Shown here piece after piece: positions 36,803 to 50,494 of a DNA stretch of 64,000 bases. The notes under the pieces were generated by a model. It worked only from the letters and a program-made list of their open reading frames with translations, was not told where the DNA came from and did no database searches. Made by a program: the position numbers and the translations under genes. The DNA lies in NCBI RefSeq assembly GCF_048593235.1, contig NC_133622.1:31558001-31622000 (forward strand), in the 5' to 3' direction. Position 1 is the stretch's first letter. The number at the start of each line of letters is the position of its first letter. This DNA comes from Sminthopsis crassicaudata. Lineage: Eukaryota.

Positions 36803-36930
36803 TTTTGCTGAGACAGTTGGGGGTTAAATGACTTACCCAGGCTCACCCAGCTAAGAAGTGACCAGATGTGAACTCAGGTCCTCCTGGCTTCAGGGCTGGT
36901 CCTCTACCCACTGCGCCACCCAGCTGCCCT
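36803..36930 (-). mobile_element. WSINE1-like SINE
   Basis: Reverse complement similar to the 26479 element, with a short internal deletion. Confidence 0.85.
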
Positions 36931-37753
36931 GAGAAATGTGTATTTAAAGGGAGTTCCTTTTAAAAATAAACGATACTGATGGATTCTGTTGGTTTTCTAT
37001 ACTGAGAAACCTTGTATTCTATGTTGTAGCAAGATGGAACTAATGTTTTTAAATTTGCATTTTCCTACTAAGGAAAATACTACAAAACATAATATTTCTA
37101 TAAATTCAAATTATGAGAAAAATGCAAAATGACCGAAGAAACTTTCCTTTTCAGGTTGTAGGAAGTTAAAATCCACAGCTAACTTTATAAAGGAATTGGG
37201 GTTTCTGTCAGATGGCCGTTGACTGGTGCTCTGCTTTGTTTCCCATGTACTGCCAATGAGCTTTGATGTAATTTGTGTAAATGTATTAATACCCAAGGAA
37301 AAAGAGTCAATGACATCGCCCTTGTATGTTGGGAATCAGTTATAGTCCATTACTACAAACACAAAAGTATTAACAATTTTCTTATTGTGACTAATGACAA
37401 TACACATTATTTTTAGTGTTGGCTTTTTCTGTATGTTCTAGGTTATACTTGACTTACTTTTTTTTTTTTTTTTTAATATTGAAAATCAACTGAACCCGTC
37501 TTTGGTGGTAATATGCAAGTTGTTTTCTTGATTCCTTTCTTGGGTTTTACTTGCTTTGTCCTGAATTTAGCACTTTAAAAAAAATCTAAAAAGTTTTTCT
37601 TCCATTTATATAGTTGATGAATATTGAAATTTGTATAATGACACATTTCTTTTCTAGTACATTCAGCAAAAAAAAAAAAGGTTTGGAGCTCATGTTATTG
37701 CAATGTTAACTTTGCATGCTGTCAGCTATCTAATTTTTTATTTGGTCTTATAG

Positions 37754-37789
37754 ATACGGTCCCAGAACTGCTGTGTCTGATGACGCAGA
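37754..37789 (+). CDS. LIMCH1: LIMCH1 36-nt microexon YGPRTAVSDDA(E)
   Basis: cttatAG acceptor, GA|GTAAGT donor; phase 2-2; matches human YGPRTPVSDDAE. Confidence 0.93.
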
Positions 37790-38874
37790 GTAAGTTATCT
37801 CAAATTCATAGGATTATTTTAATGAAATAGTCTAAACTGCATGTTTTGTTACTTACCACTAATTAAAATGCAAGGGATGCAACAACAAACTTGAATGGCT
37901 TTCTTCCACGTGCTGCTGCTTCGGGGAAGGAACGCACTTGAAGTTGCAATGGAGACCATGTGTTCGCTTACAGCAGAAATGAATTAGAAAGTAACTTCCG
38001 CATGAATACTAATCTACGTGGCTGAAGCTTCAAACTTAATGTTCACTCATCGTCAGAGTGGCGGGTGCTATTGTTAGTGCTTTTTATGCCCACTAAATTG
38101 TGCAGTCCTGAACCCCCACACACACCAAAATATTAGAAGTCTTGTATTTCATTCTTGCGTAAATTGAATCTTATAATAACAATAATATAGTAACTCCTTT
38201 GGCCACAAGTTTAAGCTAAGAAAATAAATCCTCAACCACAAATTATAGACCCGGAACCCAAATCCTTACTATGTTGGGCAAAACATTTACATGTTACTAT
38301 TGAGCTTGTAGGCCCAAAACTTTGAGGTTTTGTTAGAGTTCAGTGGTTTAAAGTAGGGGATAGAGAGGCTTGGAAGGGTAAATTAAGACTTTCCCAGGAA
38401 ATATGATTGCTAGTTAACAAGTCCTTTTCAGGGGTTAGAAATTCACATTCCAACCAAATCTGAAAATAATTAGTATCTGTTCTCTTTTTTTGTTTTTAAA
38501 TATTAGGTTTCCTCATGTCTTAGTTCATTATTAAATTTGCCATTATAAAAACAGGGGAAAAGTCTCAAATTTGAAAACATGCCCAGATTTGAATCTTTCT
38601 ATATCGTTATATGGCCATACTTGCTCAATTGTTACTAGGTTGAGAGTTGTCTTCCTTATCCCTTAATAATATTATATTACCTTTCACCTCCAAAAATGGA
38701 TTAGCTCTGATTAAAAAACTTTTGATCTTTCTGCCTAGAACTGAATCACCTAGATTTTTGTAGTGTTAGGTGATAGGGGTCCTCTGATAAATTTTTTATA
38801 TTGTGCTGACTTGGGGCTCTTTTGAACCATCCAATTAACCAGACACTTCCAGTCTTCTTCTCTTCCAGCCTGAA

Positions 38875-39005
38875 GGGGCAGCTAGGTGGTGCAGTGGATA
38901 GAGCACCAGCCCTGAATTCAGGAGGACCAGAGTTCAAATCTGGTCTCCGACACTTAACACTTCCTAGCTGTGTGACCCTGGGCAAATCACTTAACCCCAG
39001 CCTGA
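38875..39005 (+). mobile_element. WSINE1-like SINE without poly(A) tail
   Basis: gggcagctaggtggtgcagtggatagagcac...cacttaaccccagcctga. Confidence 0.9.
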
Positions 39006-40511
39006 GCTCTGGTTATATGTGCACATAGTAGGAACTCAGCAAATGTTTGCTGAATGGAAATTCCATTAAATACGAGCAGAAAATACAAAAGGTAGCACTT
39101 TTAAAAGGGTAGAAGTAAAATTAAATCTTTCCAAATGGACACTTCTGTTAATTTTTTTTTCTGGTAAAAGATGCCAGCTGGTTTAGAACTGCAGTTGGTG
39201 CTTTTTGAAGGAATGTAAGCCTTGTCTGAGCCAAGCACCAATTGCTTTTCAATCTGCCATTCTTGGTTCATATTTCAGTATTTCGAAAATTCACATTAAG
39301 GAACAGAGCTACTGAATCAACTGGCCATACTCACTGAAATAGTTTAGAAAATTTAGCGGTGGCTCCTTATGTTGAAGTAAAATGAAATTATTAAGATGTT
39401 TGGTCAAAATAAGTCTTTTTCCTTTTTTTAATCTTCCTGAAACGGGTGGAGGAAGAAATTGATAGGCAAAATTCAATGCTTGGGTTTGAGTTTTCAGAAC
39501 CATTTTGATACTTTCAAAACACAATTTAATAAGCACATCTAGTTTTCCTGAAATACATTTAATAGATTTAAACAAGAGGAGGTAGTACTCTCTCAAATTA
39601 GAAAGGCTTCAGAATGTGGAGCTGAAACTTTGATAGAACAGCTCATCCATAGAAAATGTTAGTTCATGAGTCAAAGAAGAAAAAAAGGATGGAAAAAGAA
39701 ACAAACAAAAAAACCCTTTGATTTCTAAATTACAAAACCTAGGCTGACCAAACAAAATAAGTAAGAGTTACTGATTATGATTGGCTTCTTCCTCAGCTTA
39801 CAGTATATAGAAATGTTGAACAAGAGGGCTGACTTTCCTTCCTGAAATACCATTTTGACACTCATCTGATTTCAGACTCTCTCAAAAAAAATTTTTTTCA
39901 TGTTACTGATTTAAAATGGAATCAGTAAATGACACAGTCTTGAAATCTAGCCCAGGAACAATACCCAGAAAGACTTTTAAGGACGGTCCGTGTGGTAAAA
40001 ATCGGAATGCCACAAGGAAATTGAAGATATCTCACATAGACGCTTCCTTCTGCTTCTCCTTTTCCATCATTTTACATTGGCTTCACCCCCACAATCTCAG
40101 TCCCAGATATTCAAGGTTTAAATCTTACAAAAATCTCCTGGTTTCTTCATTTCTTACTCTGTGAATCAGACACAGAGTTCCCAGAATCTCTTTTAAAATC
40201 ACCTCGTTTTTCCCCTAGAGAATCTTGAGTTTCTATATAATATAGTACTAGGGGAGACTCTTGGGTTCTACAGAAAAAGTTCACCTGTAATGACAATTTA
40301 TAGTGATAGATTGAACTTTACTTGAGAAGAACAAAATCTATTTCCAGCATATCAGGGTGCTTCAGCCTGCTGGGCTCTACCATCTCCTTTTTCTAAAAAT
40401 ATACTTCTCCTTTCACAGATTGAATCTAGGCTCTGAACTGTAGCAACTCTTATAATTCGTGACTCAGCTTTTTTTCTGCTTATGATTACTAATTTCTTAA
40501 CCTTTTTGGTT

Positions 40512-40548
<37 letters not shown>

Positions 40549-43269
40549 TTTAACCAGAAAAGGAGTTCTCAATGCCCTTTATTACTTTGCCTTGATATAG
40601 TATTCACCCCATTTACTAGGGTCAACTAGTAAGCTATTATCTTTTTTGGAGGGTGGGGGAAAAAAGCTTGTTCCTCTTTTTATTTAACTCATTAGCTTTA
40701 GGACTTAACATTTGTCTGGTTTTTAGTTCAGTTGTCAGTCTGATTCTGAAAGTCCTATTCTAAATGTTCAATCCAAATCTAAAATAACATTTATAGATAT
40801 AGATATAGTTTGATTTCGGGAATCCTTTTTAGGTACTCTGGCTATCTAGTATTAAAATCTGACTCAATCTGAAAGACTGACTTTTGGAAAATTTTAAATT
40901 AGAAATTAGAAAAGGGATCCTTTTTTCTTCCTTTAAATCGGCCATTCCACTAGTGAGTTAGAAGAAAGGTCATATTTCAGAGATGTAAACTCCTTCTGGG
41001 GCCTTGGTAAGGATTTCAGGATATCTTAAAATGACCTCAGAGTTGAACTGATTGGATTGAAGGTGGCAGTAAAATCTCTGATTAGAGGTAAGACCTGATG
41101 GGGATGGGAAGGGGGATGGGAAGGAGGAAAGGAATCGTATCCTTCCTTGCAGATATTGAATCATCAGATTTAATTTGAGATTGCTGAGAAGTTGTAGTCT
41201 TCTCTCCCTTTTTTTAGTAAATCTTGTAGCTACCTCCCAAAACTTTTACTAATAATTAAAAATAGATTAGAGATCAGTCACTCCATAGAAATTATAACTT
41301 CTCTTTTGTGATATGCCTGTTTATTTTTGTGACTACTGCTAAGTCCAACCTGTGATAATAAGACATTAAAATTGAAATATCTACCATGTTTGGGGAAATG
41401 ACAAAATGAGCTACTTTTCTTTCCCTTTGGCAGGCAAACTCATTACCAGATCTGCTGTTTGTTCTCTGTTGTCAGGCATAATTTTTCCTGATGATTGGGG
41501 AAGAATTAAGCAATTAATAAGCCTTTATTAAGCACCTACCATGTTCCTGACGTTGTGCTAAGTGCTGGGACATTGTAGCAAGAAGAGAAATGTAACCCCC
41601 CGATACTGATGTAGGTTGAATCAAAGGAAATAAAGTTGGGCTTCCATCCATTTGATGCAAGAAGGAAATCTCTAGTTTCCAGGGTGGTACCCTCTCCTGG
41701 ACCTTTGCCTTCATCCATGTCTCTGCTGCTGATTATTTGATTATAAATAGCAATCTTGGGGCATATCACTAATGCTGTCTGTCCTTGGCTATGAAATTTC
41801 CTCAGATAAAAATGCATGTCTATTTTTAAAAGTCAGCACCTGAGGTTAAATGCTGGTCTAGACAGGTAGTTAACTTCTGCTTCATGCTTGTCATTTGCAT
41901 AAAATATCTTTGTTTTTCCTGGTACTGTGCCTCAACCATCCTTCAAAAGTTGGAAGGCCTGCCTTCATCTTTGGCTGCTGTTTTCATCCTGTTGTTTCTC
42001 TGTCCACTGTAACCAAGGACAGTGTAAACAACTGTGCTCTTGCACAAGGTTCGAACATCTTGGGCAAAGTATAGAGTGTGGTCACAGCGTGTTCGAATTT
42101 TATTTTTAATTATTTCTGCATCCTTATTTTCTTCAAAGAGTTAGTTCAGAGACAACTTGAAGGGGAAAAAAATAACATCCTTGGGGGAAACTTCAGAAAT
42201 AGAAAGTGGATATTATTTTACAGTTTTTGTTCTTTTCCTCTATTTAAAAAAATACTTCAAATAGCTCAGTCACACTGGTATTAATTCAAAAAGGATTGGA
42301 GCAGGGTCTTTACACCCAGGAACATAATGTAATGATTTTCATTGCATGCGAATCTCAGGACTGACTTTGTACAGCTTTTTCCAGGGGTGTATCCTCAAAT
42401 CCTGCCAGGATCTCCCTCCTCCATTCTCTGCTTTTCATTTTTAATACCTTGTAAGATTAAGGAAATATGAAGCTTCAAATAAACACCGATATTTCTTGAT
42501 ATTTTTTTAAAAGGAGTTTTCTTTGGTTTTTGCACTTTTGATAACTTAGTAAAGATGAATCAAGTTCATCTTTAAAGGCAAAGGCAATCAGGATTTGGGG
42601 AATACAGGAGGCTTGTAGTGCTGACATGCTTAGGTAGAGTACTCTGGGGCAGAGGTGTCAGACGGGTCCCGTAGCTCTCCCAAGAATCTCCAGCACCAGT
42701 GTCAGTCAATAGTGGGCATCTAGTAGGCTTCTCCTCTGTGTCCTAAACTTTTAGGACACAAAAAAGGCAAAAGGTAGTCCCCGCCCTCTGGAAAGGCAGG
42801 AGTTAATGTGCTAATTCATATTATGCTACTCCATCCCAGAATTCTTGGGAAGAAGGAGTATTGTCATCTTGAAAGTGCTATATAAAATGCAAATTCAGAT
42901 TAAAGCAATGAAACTTGGAAATAGGATACCTCTAAACAGAAATTTTAGATTAAAATGGAATTCTTATGAAATTTTAATGTGTTGATGCATTCATTCAAAA
43001 GAAACCTACAAACCCATGAGTTCCTAAACCATACCCTCATGGATCCTCAAGTGAACTTTAAGGACACCCCCATTTCTTTGGGAGTTTGACACCACTGCTC
43101 CAGGGTACCCCATCGCTGCTATTGGTAGTTTCTGCTGCTTCTGAAGAGAAAAAAAACCTTTTCCTCTTGCCTTAAAGCATCCCTCTGTGGTGGAATCCTT
43201 CAGAAACCCAAGAAGGGGAGCTTGATTGCTTGCAGCTTATTGTTGCACTTTTTAATTTTTTGCTTTTAG

Positions 43270-43393
43270 GAGCATGAGTATGCTTGATATGCGGTGTGAA
43301 GAAGAAGCCGTACAGCCCCATAGCAGAGCTCGCCAGGAGCAGCTGCAATTCATCAACAGCCAGCTGAAGGAAGAGGACGACAAATGGCAAGAT
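43270..43393 (+). CDS. LIMCH1: LIMCH1 exon [41 protein letters not shown]
   Basis: gcttttAG acceptor, GTAAGG donor; 124 nt, phase 2-0. Confidence 0.96.
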
Positions 43394-44929
43394 GTAAGGA
43401 CAGCCGAGGCTGCTCTGAAATCCCCCCTGGCAGCCGGACCCAAGGGGACTCTCTGCCCTGGCAATTAGGAGATTGGTTGGGGAGAGTGGGTCTGGAAAAC
43501 CCAATAGCTACATTTATGTGATGATCTTGTGATGCGTCAAGCCTTAGTTGGGCTGATCTGTAAAATGGACAACACATCACCACAATGTGATCACATCTTT
43601 ATTCGGCCTTTATTCAGTGGTTTCCATGTGCTAGGCACTGTTCATATTTCATACTTACTAATAATATAATATTTGTCCTTCTATAACTATTAATATTCAT
43701 GCCATCTACAGTATAGGGTGGTCATGAAGAAAGTTTGTTGTTAACCTTCAAGTGCTATAAAAATGCAAATTAAGAGTGAAATTATAAAGCTAGGACACAG
43801 GAAGTCATTGAAGTATTTGAACAAAAATGGCATGATGCTTTAAAAAAAAAATTTAATCTAGTATTAGAGGCAGCAACGTGTCACTGAGTTTGGAATCAGG
43901 AAGACCAGAATTCACTTCTCACCTGTGTGAGCCTGGGAAAAATCACTTACCCAGTTCTCTAAGTTTAACAAGCTTGAAGACTTATCTTCTAGGTCATTAA
44001 TGGATTATAACCTGCTTAGAAAAAGTGCATGCTGAGAAAATCCCAAATCTTACACATTCATCTAGCATTAGTGGCCAGTATATACTGGAATAGGCAATCA
44101 TAAAAGCTCCAAGTTAATTGAGAGTTAGGATAGTGCATGGTTCTTGATTGCCATAGCTCATTATAAAGCACCCAAAAGAAAGCAGCAGGTCAAATCTGTA
44201 TCATGTTCTCTAATCAAATCCTATACTAAATCAGAAAACTAAAACTACTTATCAGTTCAGAACTCTGAACTTGAATTTGAACATATTTCTTCCTGAAATA
44301 CATTCTCCCCTCTTGTGCTCTAAGTTATTTTGAGGGAAGAGAATATTTCTTGCTTTGGATTCTGGAAGATGCTCTTGATCTGACTATGCTAATGGAAGCC
44401 AATGATCCAAAGAACTTAGGGACTAAACTGGAAGTTATGATAGTGGAGGAAGCTGTGTTAACCTGGGATTAATTGGTGATGATCTCTTAATGGTAATATT
44501 GGAATTACCCCAGATACTTTGCTCTATAGAAGATGGAAATTGTATAGAAGAGATTTTAAAAACATAATCCTATTGTGATGGAAGTCCCTGAATGTCTCCC
44601 ACACATGAATGGCCCCACTGTCCAATTGATTCCAGAGTTCTTTCTAGAGAAATAAAGACTGATGGTATTTCTGTAGGATAGCTGTAGTAATTCCTTCCTG
44701 TCCATGAGGGAATTAACCACTTTTGTGGTTCTGAACAACCCAGACCAAAAAGGAAATTGGAATGTCCTTATCTCCACTTTCTGGTTTCCTTTAAGCCTCT
44801 GCATTAGTCCTTCCTTTTGTAGGAGACCTTTCCCTTTGTAATTTCCTGCCACTTTACTTCTCTTGATTTCCTTCTGAAATAATCTTCCATTTCCCCACAT
44901 AAATCTTACATATACATATGTGTTTGCAT

Positions 44930-45090
44930 GGTGTCTCTCCCATTAGAATATGAGTTCTGAGAGCAGGGGCTGTACTTTTGCCCTTTGTTTGTTTGTTTAT
45001 TAGTTTATTATTTATATATTTATGGCGATCTTGATGCTTTGCACAGTTTCTGGCAGATGGTAAGCACTCAAATGCTTGTCGACTTGACTG
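44930..45090 (+). mobile_element. L2 3' end
   Basis: tctctcccattagaatatgagttctgagagcagggg...cacagtttctggcagatggtaagcactcaaatgcttgtcgacttgact. Confidence 0.65.
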
Positions 45091-45219
45091 TCAAAAACAT
45101 ACCTTGCAAGCAAATTGGGGTGGTGAGTGGTGAAAAGCTTTTAAGGAGAAGGAAGGATGCATTCAATAATGGGAATGTCTGAAGGAGAAGATCACTTTGT
45201 TACTTTTCCTCCTTTCTAG

Positions 45220-45377
45220 GACCTGGCTCGTTGGAAAAGCCGTAGAAGAAGCGCATCTCAGGACCTAATCAAGAAAGAAGCTGAGAGGAAAAAAATGGAA
45301 AGATTATTGGCTGGAGGTGATGGAACAAGTGAAAGAAGGAAAAGCATTAAAACCTACAGAGAGATTGTTCAGGAAAA
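45220..45377 (+). CDS. LIMCH1: LIMCH1 exon [52 protein letters not shown]
   Basis: cctttctAG acceptor, AA|GTGGGT donor; 158 nt, phase 0-2. Confidence 0.96.
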
Positions 45378-45659
45378 GTGGGTTCTTTAATTTTTTTAAA
45401 TGTGCAATCTATTTTTAAAAACTCTTTCATTATTGTCCTACCTGTGTAATAACTTAATATTCTATTATAACCATCCATTTGAAACCAAAAATAAGTCTAA
45501 AAAGTAAAAGTTTTATCTTAGTGCTATAATTCTTATTCCACAAAATATAATGAATTAGGAAAAAAGTATAGTTCTTGAATTGTTCCTTCAGCGCATGACC
45601 ATCTTTGCAAAGTGTTTCAATGGCATCTTTATTGTTGCTTTCCCTCCACCTGCATTTAG

Positions 45660-46065
45660 AGAAAGGCGGGAGAGAGAGCTCCACGAAGCTTACAAGAACG
45701 CTCGCTCCCGCGAGGAGGCTGAGGGGATCCTGCAGCAGTACATCGAAAGGTTTACCATTAGTGAGGCCGTCCTGGAGCGCTTGGAGATGCCAAAAATTCT
45801 GGAAAGAAGCCATTCAACAGAGCCAAACTCATCTTCCCTGAAAGACCCGAATCCCATGAAATACTTGCGGCAGCAGTCACTGCCTCCTCCCAAATTCACT
45901 GCCACTGTGGAAACCACCATCGCTCGCCCCAGTGAACTGGACCCCAGCATTGCAGCAGGCAGCGCATCTCCAAGCAAAACTCTCGTTCCCAAAGCAGTGC
46001 CTATGCTGACACCCAAGCCTTACCACCAGCCCAAAAGCACGCAGCAGGCTCTGAAAACCTTCAAG
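45660..46065 (+). CDS. LIMCH1: LIMCH1 exon [17 protein letters not shown]...[26 protein letters not shown]
   Basis: catttAG acceptor, AAG|GTAGGG donor; 406 nt, phase 2-0. Confidence 0.97.
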
Positions 46066-46905
46066 GTAGGGCTGCCTTCCCTGAGCGTGCCGTGAGACTG
46101 CGGACCCCTGAGAGGCGGAGTGGGGAAAAAGGCCATGCGCTTATTCCCTCTGCAAACAGAGCTAAAATATGCACTCCAAAGTGTGTGTCCCTCCAAAGAT
46201 TTGGGTTTAATCATAATTAGGAAAGAGGTCTTACTCCTCTAATCCCTAGCTTCGTAAACGGGATNNNNNNNNNNNNNNNNNNNNNNNNNNNNNNNNNNNN
46301 NNNNNNNNNNNNNNNNNNNNNNNNNNNNNNNNNNNNNNNNNNNNNNNNNNNNNNNNNNNNNNNNNNNNNNNNNNNNNNNNNNNNNNNNNNNNNNNNNTTT
46401 ATATCATGTATAAATGCATATATGCATCTGTAACCATATACATCTATAAACACATGTGCATGTGTGCATATGTACATACACAGACTGCCTATATGAATAC
46501 ATGTGTGCATGTACCATATAAACACCTATATACATGCTCGTGTGTGAGCATGCATACATATGCTCATATATGCACACATAAACTGTGTGTTTATATATGT
46601 ATATATTTAAGATGCCTCTATACTCAGTTGTATAAAAATTTCTCAGCCAGAAAAGAGTGGCAAGTAGGAAAAAGTTAAAAAGCCCTGATCTAAACCACAA
46701 TAGCAAAGATTTCAATTCATGTACTCCAATTTGAGATCAACTCCTATATATTCCATATGTTCTCTGAGATGGGAGAAAGTCATGGATGTCAAATGTGAGG
46801 GATTCACAGCCCCTCAATGTGGCTCCAGCTCTCTTCCCGGATGAGGGAACGTGATGTATATTGGAATCAAAAAGACCCCTCTGTCATTTAGTAGGTATGC
46901 AGCAA

Positions 46906-47036
46906 AGGCAATTGGGATTAAGTGACTTGCCCAGGGTCACACAGCTAGGAAATATTAAGTGTCTGAGACCAGATTTGAACTCGGGTCCTCCTGACTTCAG
47001 GGCTGGTGCTCTATCCACTGCGCCACTAGCTGCCCC
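46906..47036 (-). mobile_element. WSINE1-like SINE
   Basis: Reverse complement of the same consensus. Confidence 0.88.
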
Positions 47037-49246
47037 ATCACTTAATTTTTAAAATTCCATTTCCTCATCCATAAAATGGGAATAATAATAGCTGCAAAGT
47101 TGTTACATGGATTAATAATAGTGATTGGTACCATTTCTATGGCAATTTGATGTTTACAAAACTCTTTCCATGTGTAATATTGTTTAATGCTCCCAACAAT
47201 CCTGGGAATTAGGTGCAGTTATTACTCCCAGTTTTATAAATGAGGAAACTTGAGCTGAAGGGGTTATTTTCTGAGCAGTTTTTTTGATGTTCTTCTTACG
47301 TCCATTTTCAGCATCCTACTCTGCATTACCTAGCTGCTTTTGTGAGATATGGAATATTTTAAGCATATGACAATTTTTAAAGTATTATATTAATATAAAT
47401 TTATTATTTGAAAGGAGATAGAAAAACTCTCCAAAAATATAATGTAAGAAGTCAATATAAATTGTAAAAGAGTAAATGCATCCTTTAAGAGGGAGGTGCC
47501 TGAGATCAAATAATCAACATGTCTTGGTTATGGTGAGTTCAAAAGAGAACAAATCAGAAGGGTACATGGCTACCTCAGGTGGTTTTTAGTGCCTGCCTGT
47601 CCCTTTTCTCTGAAAAGAAGGATGGCAATATAAGCTATAAGCTCAACTGATTATGGACAGAGAAATGTAAATTGGATCCAGAACCAAGAAACTTGTGAAA
47701 ACTGAAGCATCCTGCCCACATCCTCCAACTCTGCTCTTTATTCTTGGAGAGAAAGGGTAGGGATCATATCACAAGGGAGCATTCATCCTTTGTCTCCAAT
47801 CCTTTTCATGGCAAAGAAAAATCAGCTTCTATTATCACTCCAAGCCACATGAGGTTATAATAGCTGCACAGAAGACAGAGCTGGAATTCAGTACTAGGAG
47901 ATTCAAACTATGAGTGCAAAGACATTGTTTACTTAAATTAATTGGTTAGCACAAAGTAGTTTATCTTCCTCATTTAATTTAAAAGTATACAAGCCTAAAC
48001 TTTCTGACCTTTGCTGAAAGAAAGAGAAAGAGACACAGAGAGACAGAGACAGAGCTTTAGTTTCATTACAAAAACATCTTCCTTTTGTCTTCAAGTAATT
48101 TGTGTCTGAGGCCATCAGGGTTAAATTTGTTTTATTTTTCAAGTCATATTTTTATAGCTTGTGTTGAAAGGACAAGTGAAAATTTCCCTGACCTTGGACT
48201 TGCTGAGGAAGGCTGAAATAAAATGGAGAAGCAGCTCCTGAATGGTTTCTGTGGGTGGGAGCAGCCTGGACTCACCAAGAGCTTTGTTTTACATAGGGCT
48301 CTTATGGTCAAGATTAGCTTATAGTTGGATTACCTGCTTAACCCTAACAAGCAAGCTGGTCATGAAAATGATATTATATTGGGTTGACACAGAGCAAGAG
48401 AAGGAAATGAGTTGTTTAATTCTGCATCTGAGTGGATAACCTGAATGTCTGCTTTTCCCTCTTTAGTGTAAATAGTGTAATTTTAAACAGGAATATTTGA
48501 ATGGATGACTTGTATCCCAATTTTGTGACATCCTTCCCCAAGCCCCTTCTGTCTTTACTTTTTTTTCCCAGTATTCTCTCTGTTTGCTCCATAGGAATAA
48601 CCAACAGTAATGTTTAATAGGATCACTGGCCCCCTTTTTTTTTTTGTACAGCATTGGCTCTCATCATCAAAATTCATCTAAACAAATTGATTGTAGAAAT
48701 GGGAGTAATGGGAACTTGGAATTTGAGAAGCAGCTGAAAGCTTTTGATTATATAGGGGTAGCTCTTATCAGTTCTCACTTCCTTCACTTAATGAATTATC
48801 CCAGGGTAGAACCAGGTTTTCTTGAAATGCATGGAAGAGACTGAACTGAGATAGAGGAAGAAAAGTCACCTGCTCCTGGGCAAGAATTGGTTGTGTTCTG
48901 TGCATTGTGCGTCCCAAGCTCAGGTTTTCCCTCCCATCATTTCAGTAAAACCTGAGGAACAACATGGGGCAGCCTTTTAAGGAAGGGGTGAGTTAGAGGT
49001 ACTTCATTGGCTGGCACCATGCTTCCTGGAACACCAGAGACTTTTTTGGGTCTTCCCATCATTGTCCCAACAACTCATGATGAGGTTCCCTGGAGAAATC
49101 CTTATTGCAGAAAAGAAGTTTTTATGGCTAAAGAGAAGATATTTTCTATCTAGAGCAGCAGACACCAAATAATAACAGGGAAGAAGTCATGTAGATATGG
49201 ACAATTATTGACATATTTAGGCAACTTCCCTCAAATAATAATCATC

Positions 49247-49310
49247 GGGTGGTGCAGTGGATAGAGCACCAGCCCTGAATTCAGGAGGACCTGAGTTCAA
49301 ATCTGGTCTC
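49247..49310 (+). mobile_element. WSINE1-like SINE 5' part, running into an assembly gap
   Basis: ggtggtgcagtggatagagcaccagccctgaattcaggaggacctgagttcaaatctggtctc then N. Confidence 0.85.
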
Positions 49311-50251
49311 NNNNNNNNNNNNNNNNNNNNNNNNNNNNNNNNNNNNNNNNNNNNNNNNNNNNNNNNNNNNNNNNNNNNNNNNNNNNNNNNNNNNNNNNNN
49401 NNNNNNNNNNNNNNNNNNNNNNNNNNNNNNNNNNNNNNNNNNGAATAGTGAATAGAGTATTAGCTTTGGAATTAGGCAAATTGAAGATCAGAACAGGCCT
49501 TAATACTAGGCAGGGTGGCCACTTAATGTTTGTCATCCCGCCTAGTAACTAAAGGTCTGTTCTGATCTTCTGTAGAGAGGTAATAAGAAGTAACTGGACA
49601 ACAGGAAGAAAAGTAAAGTAAAGAAGAATTTTAAGAAGCCTATGGAGATGATTGATTACCTTTTAACTGCTATTCAAAGGCTTTTTGTAAAGATTTAAAA
49701 CTTGTAATTTGGACGTCCTAGTTTCTCAGACATTCCCAAACTTTCAAGTACCCCTTTCTATTTGATGCTCATGTATTATTGATACTGAGCTAGATCCATG
49801 GTTCCCAAGCTGCACTGCCAAACAAATTCATGGGGATTCAAGGGTTCTGTGGAATATTTACCTAATTTTTTAGGTAACTTTTTGGGAAATTTACCTGGTT
49901 ATTTAATAAAAACAAAGATTAGAACTTAAGGAAATATCAGGACTTAACCTAACTTCATAAACATAGCTAGTAGATGTTTCTTTTGATTTGGTGGATTTGT
50001 GTGGAAATTACTGAAACACTAAGGACTGCAAGAACTGAGGAAGTTTGGAAGTTTCTGGGCTTGATCACTGGACCAAATCTGAAAAAGATGAAGTTCAATA
50101 GGAATAAATATTACACGCAAGTTTAATTTCACAAGCATAAGATTGAAACCTGTGGCTAGACACATTTGTTCTGAAAAGAAGGTGGGGTGGTTAGAAGGCT
50201 TCAGGTTCAAGATGAGTGTGAGCAACAAATACTCTTGGGCAACATTAAGAG

Positions 50252-50485
50252 GTAGTTAGGTAGTCTAGTGGATAGACCCTGGTCTTGGAATCAGAAGACC
50301 TATCTTCCTGAGGTCAGATTCAGCCTCAGACACTTTCCAGCTATCACCCTCAATAAGTCACTTAACTGTCCCAGTTTCCTCATCTATAAAATGAGTTGGG
50401 AGAAGGAAATGGCAAAATACTCCAGTATCTTTGCCAAGAAGATTCCCAAATGGGGTCACAAAGAGTTGGCTACAACTGAACAATG
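50252..50485 (+). mobile_element. Mar1-like SINE
   Basis: CORE then gagaaggaaatggcaaaatactccagtatctttgccaagaa...aaatggggtcac...actgaacaa. Confidence 0.8.
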
Positions 50486-50494
50486 ATAATTGAG

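Noticed and set aside
37141-37220. Acceptor-like tttccttttcAG at 37153
   Set aside because: Immediate stop (TAG) in the required phase and no downstream donor
44556-44900. 114-aa minus-strand ORF
   Set aside because: No recognisable domain; lies next to L2 sequence and is probably decayed repeat or chance
45690-46016. Antisense and alternate-frame ORFs over LIMCH1 exons (also 17735-17974, 31355-31600, 43172-43504, 51007-51246)
   Set aside because: Shadow ORFs of real coding exons
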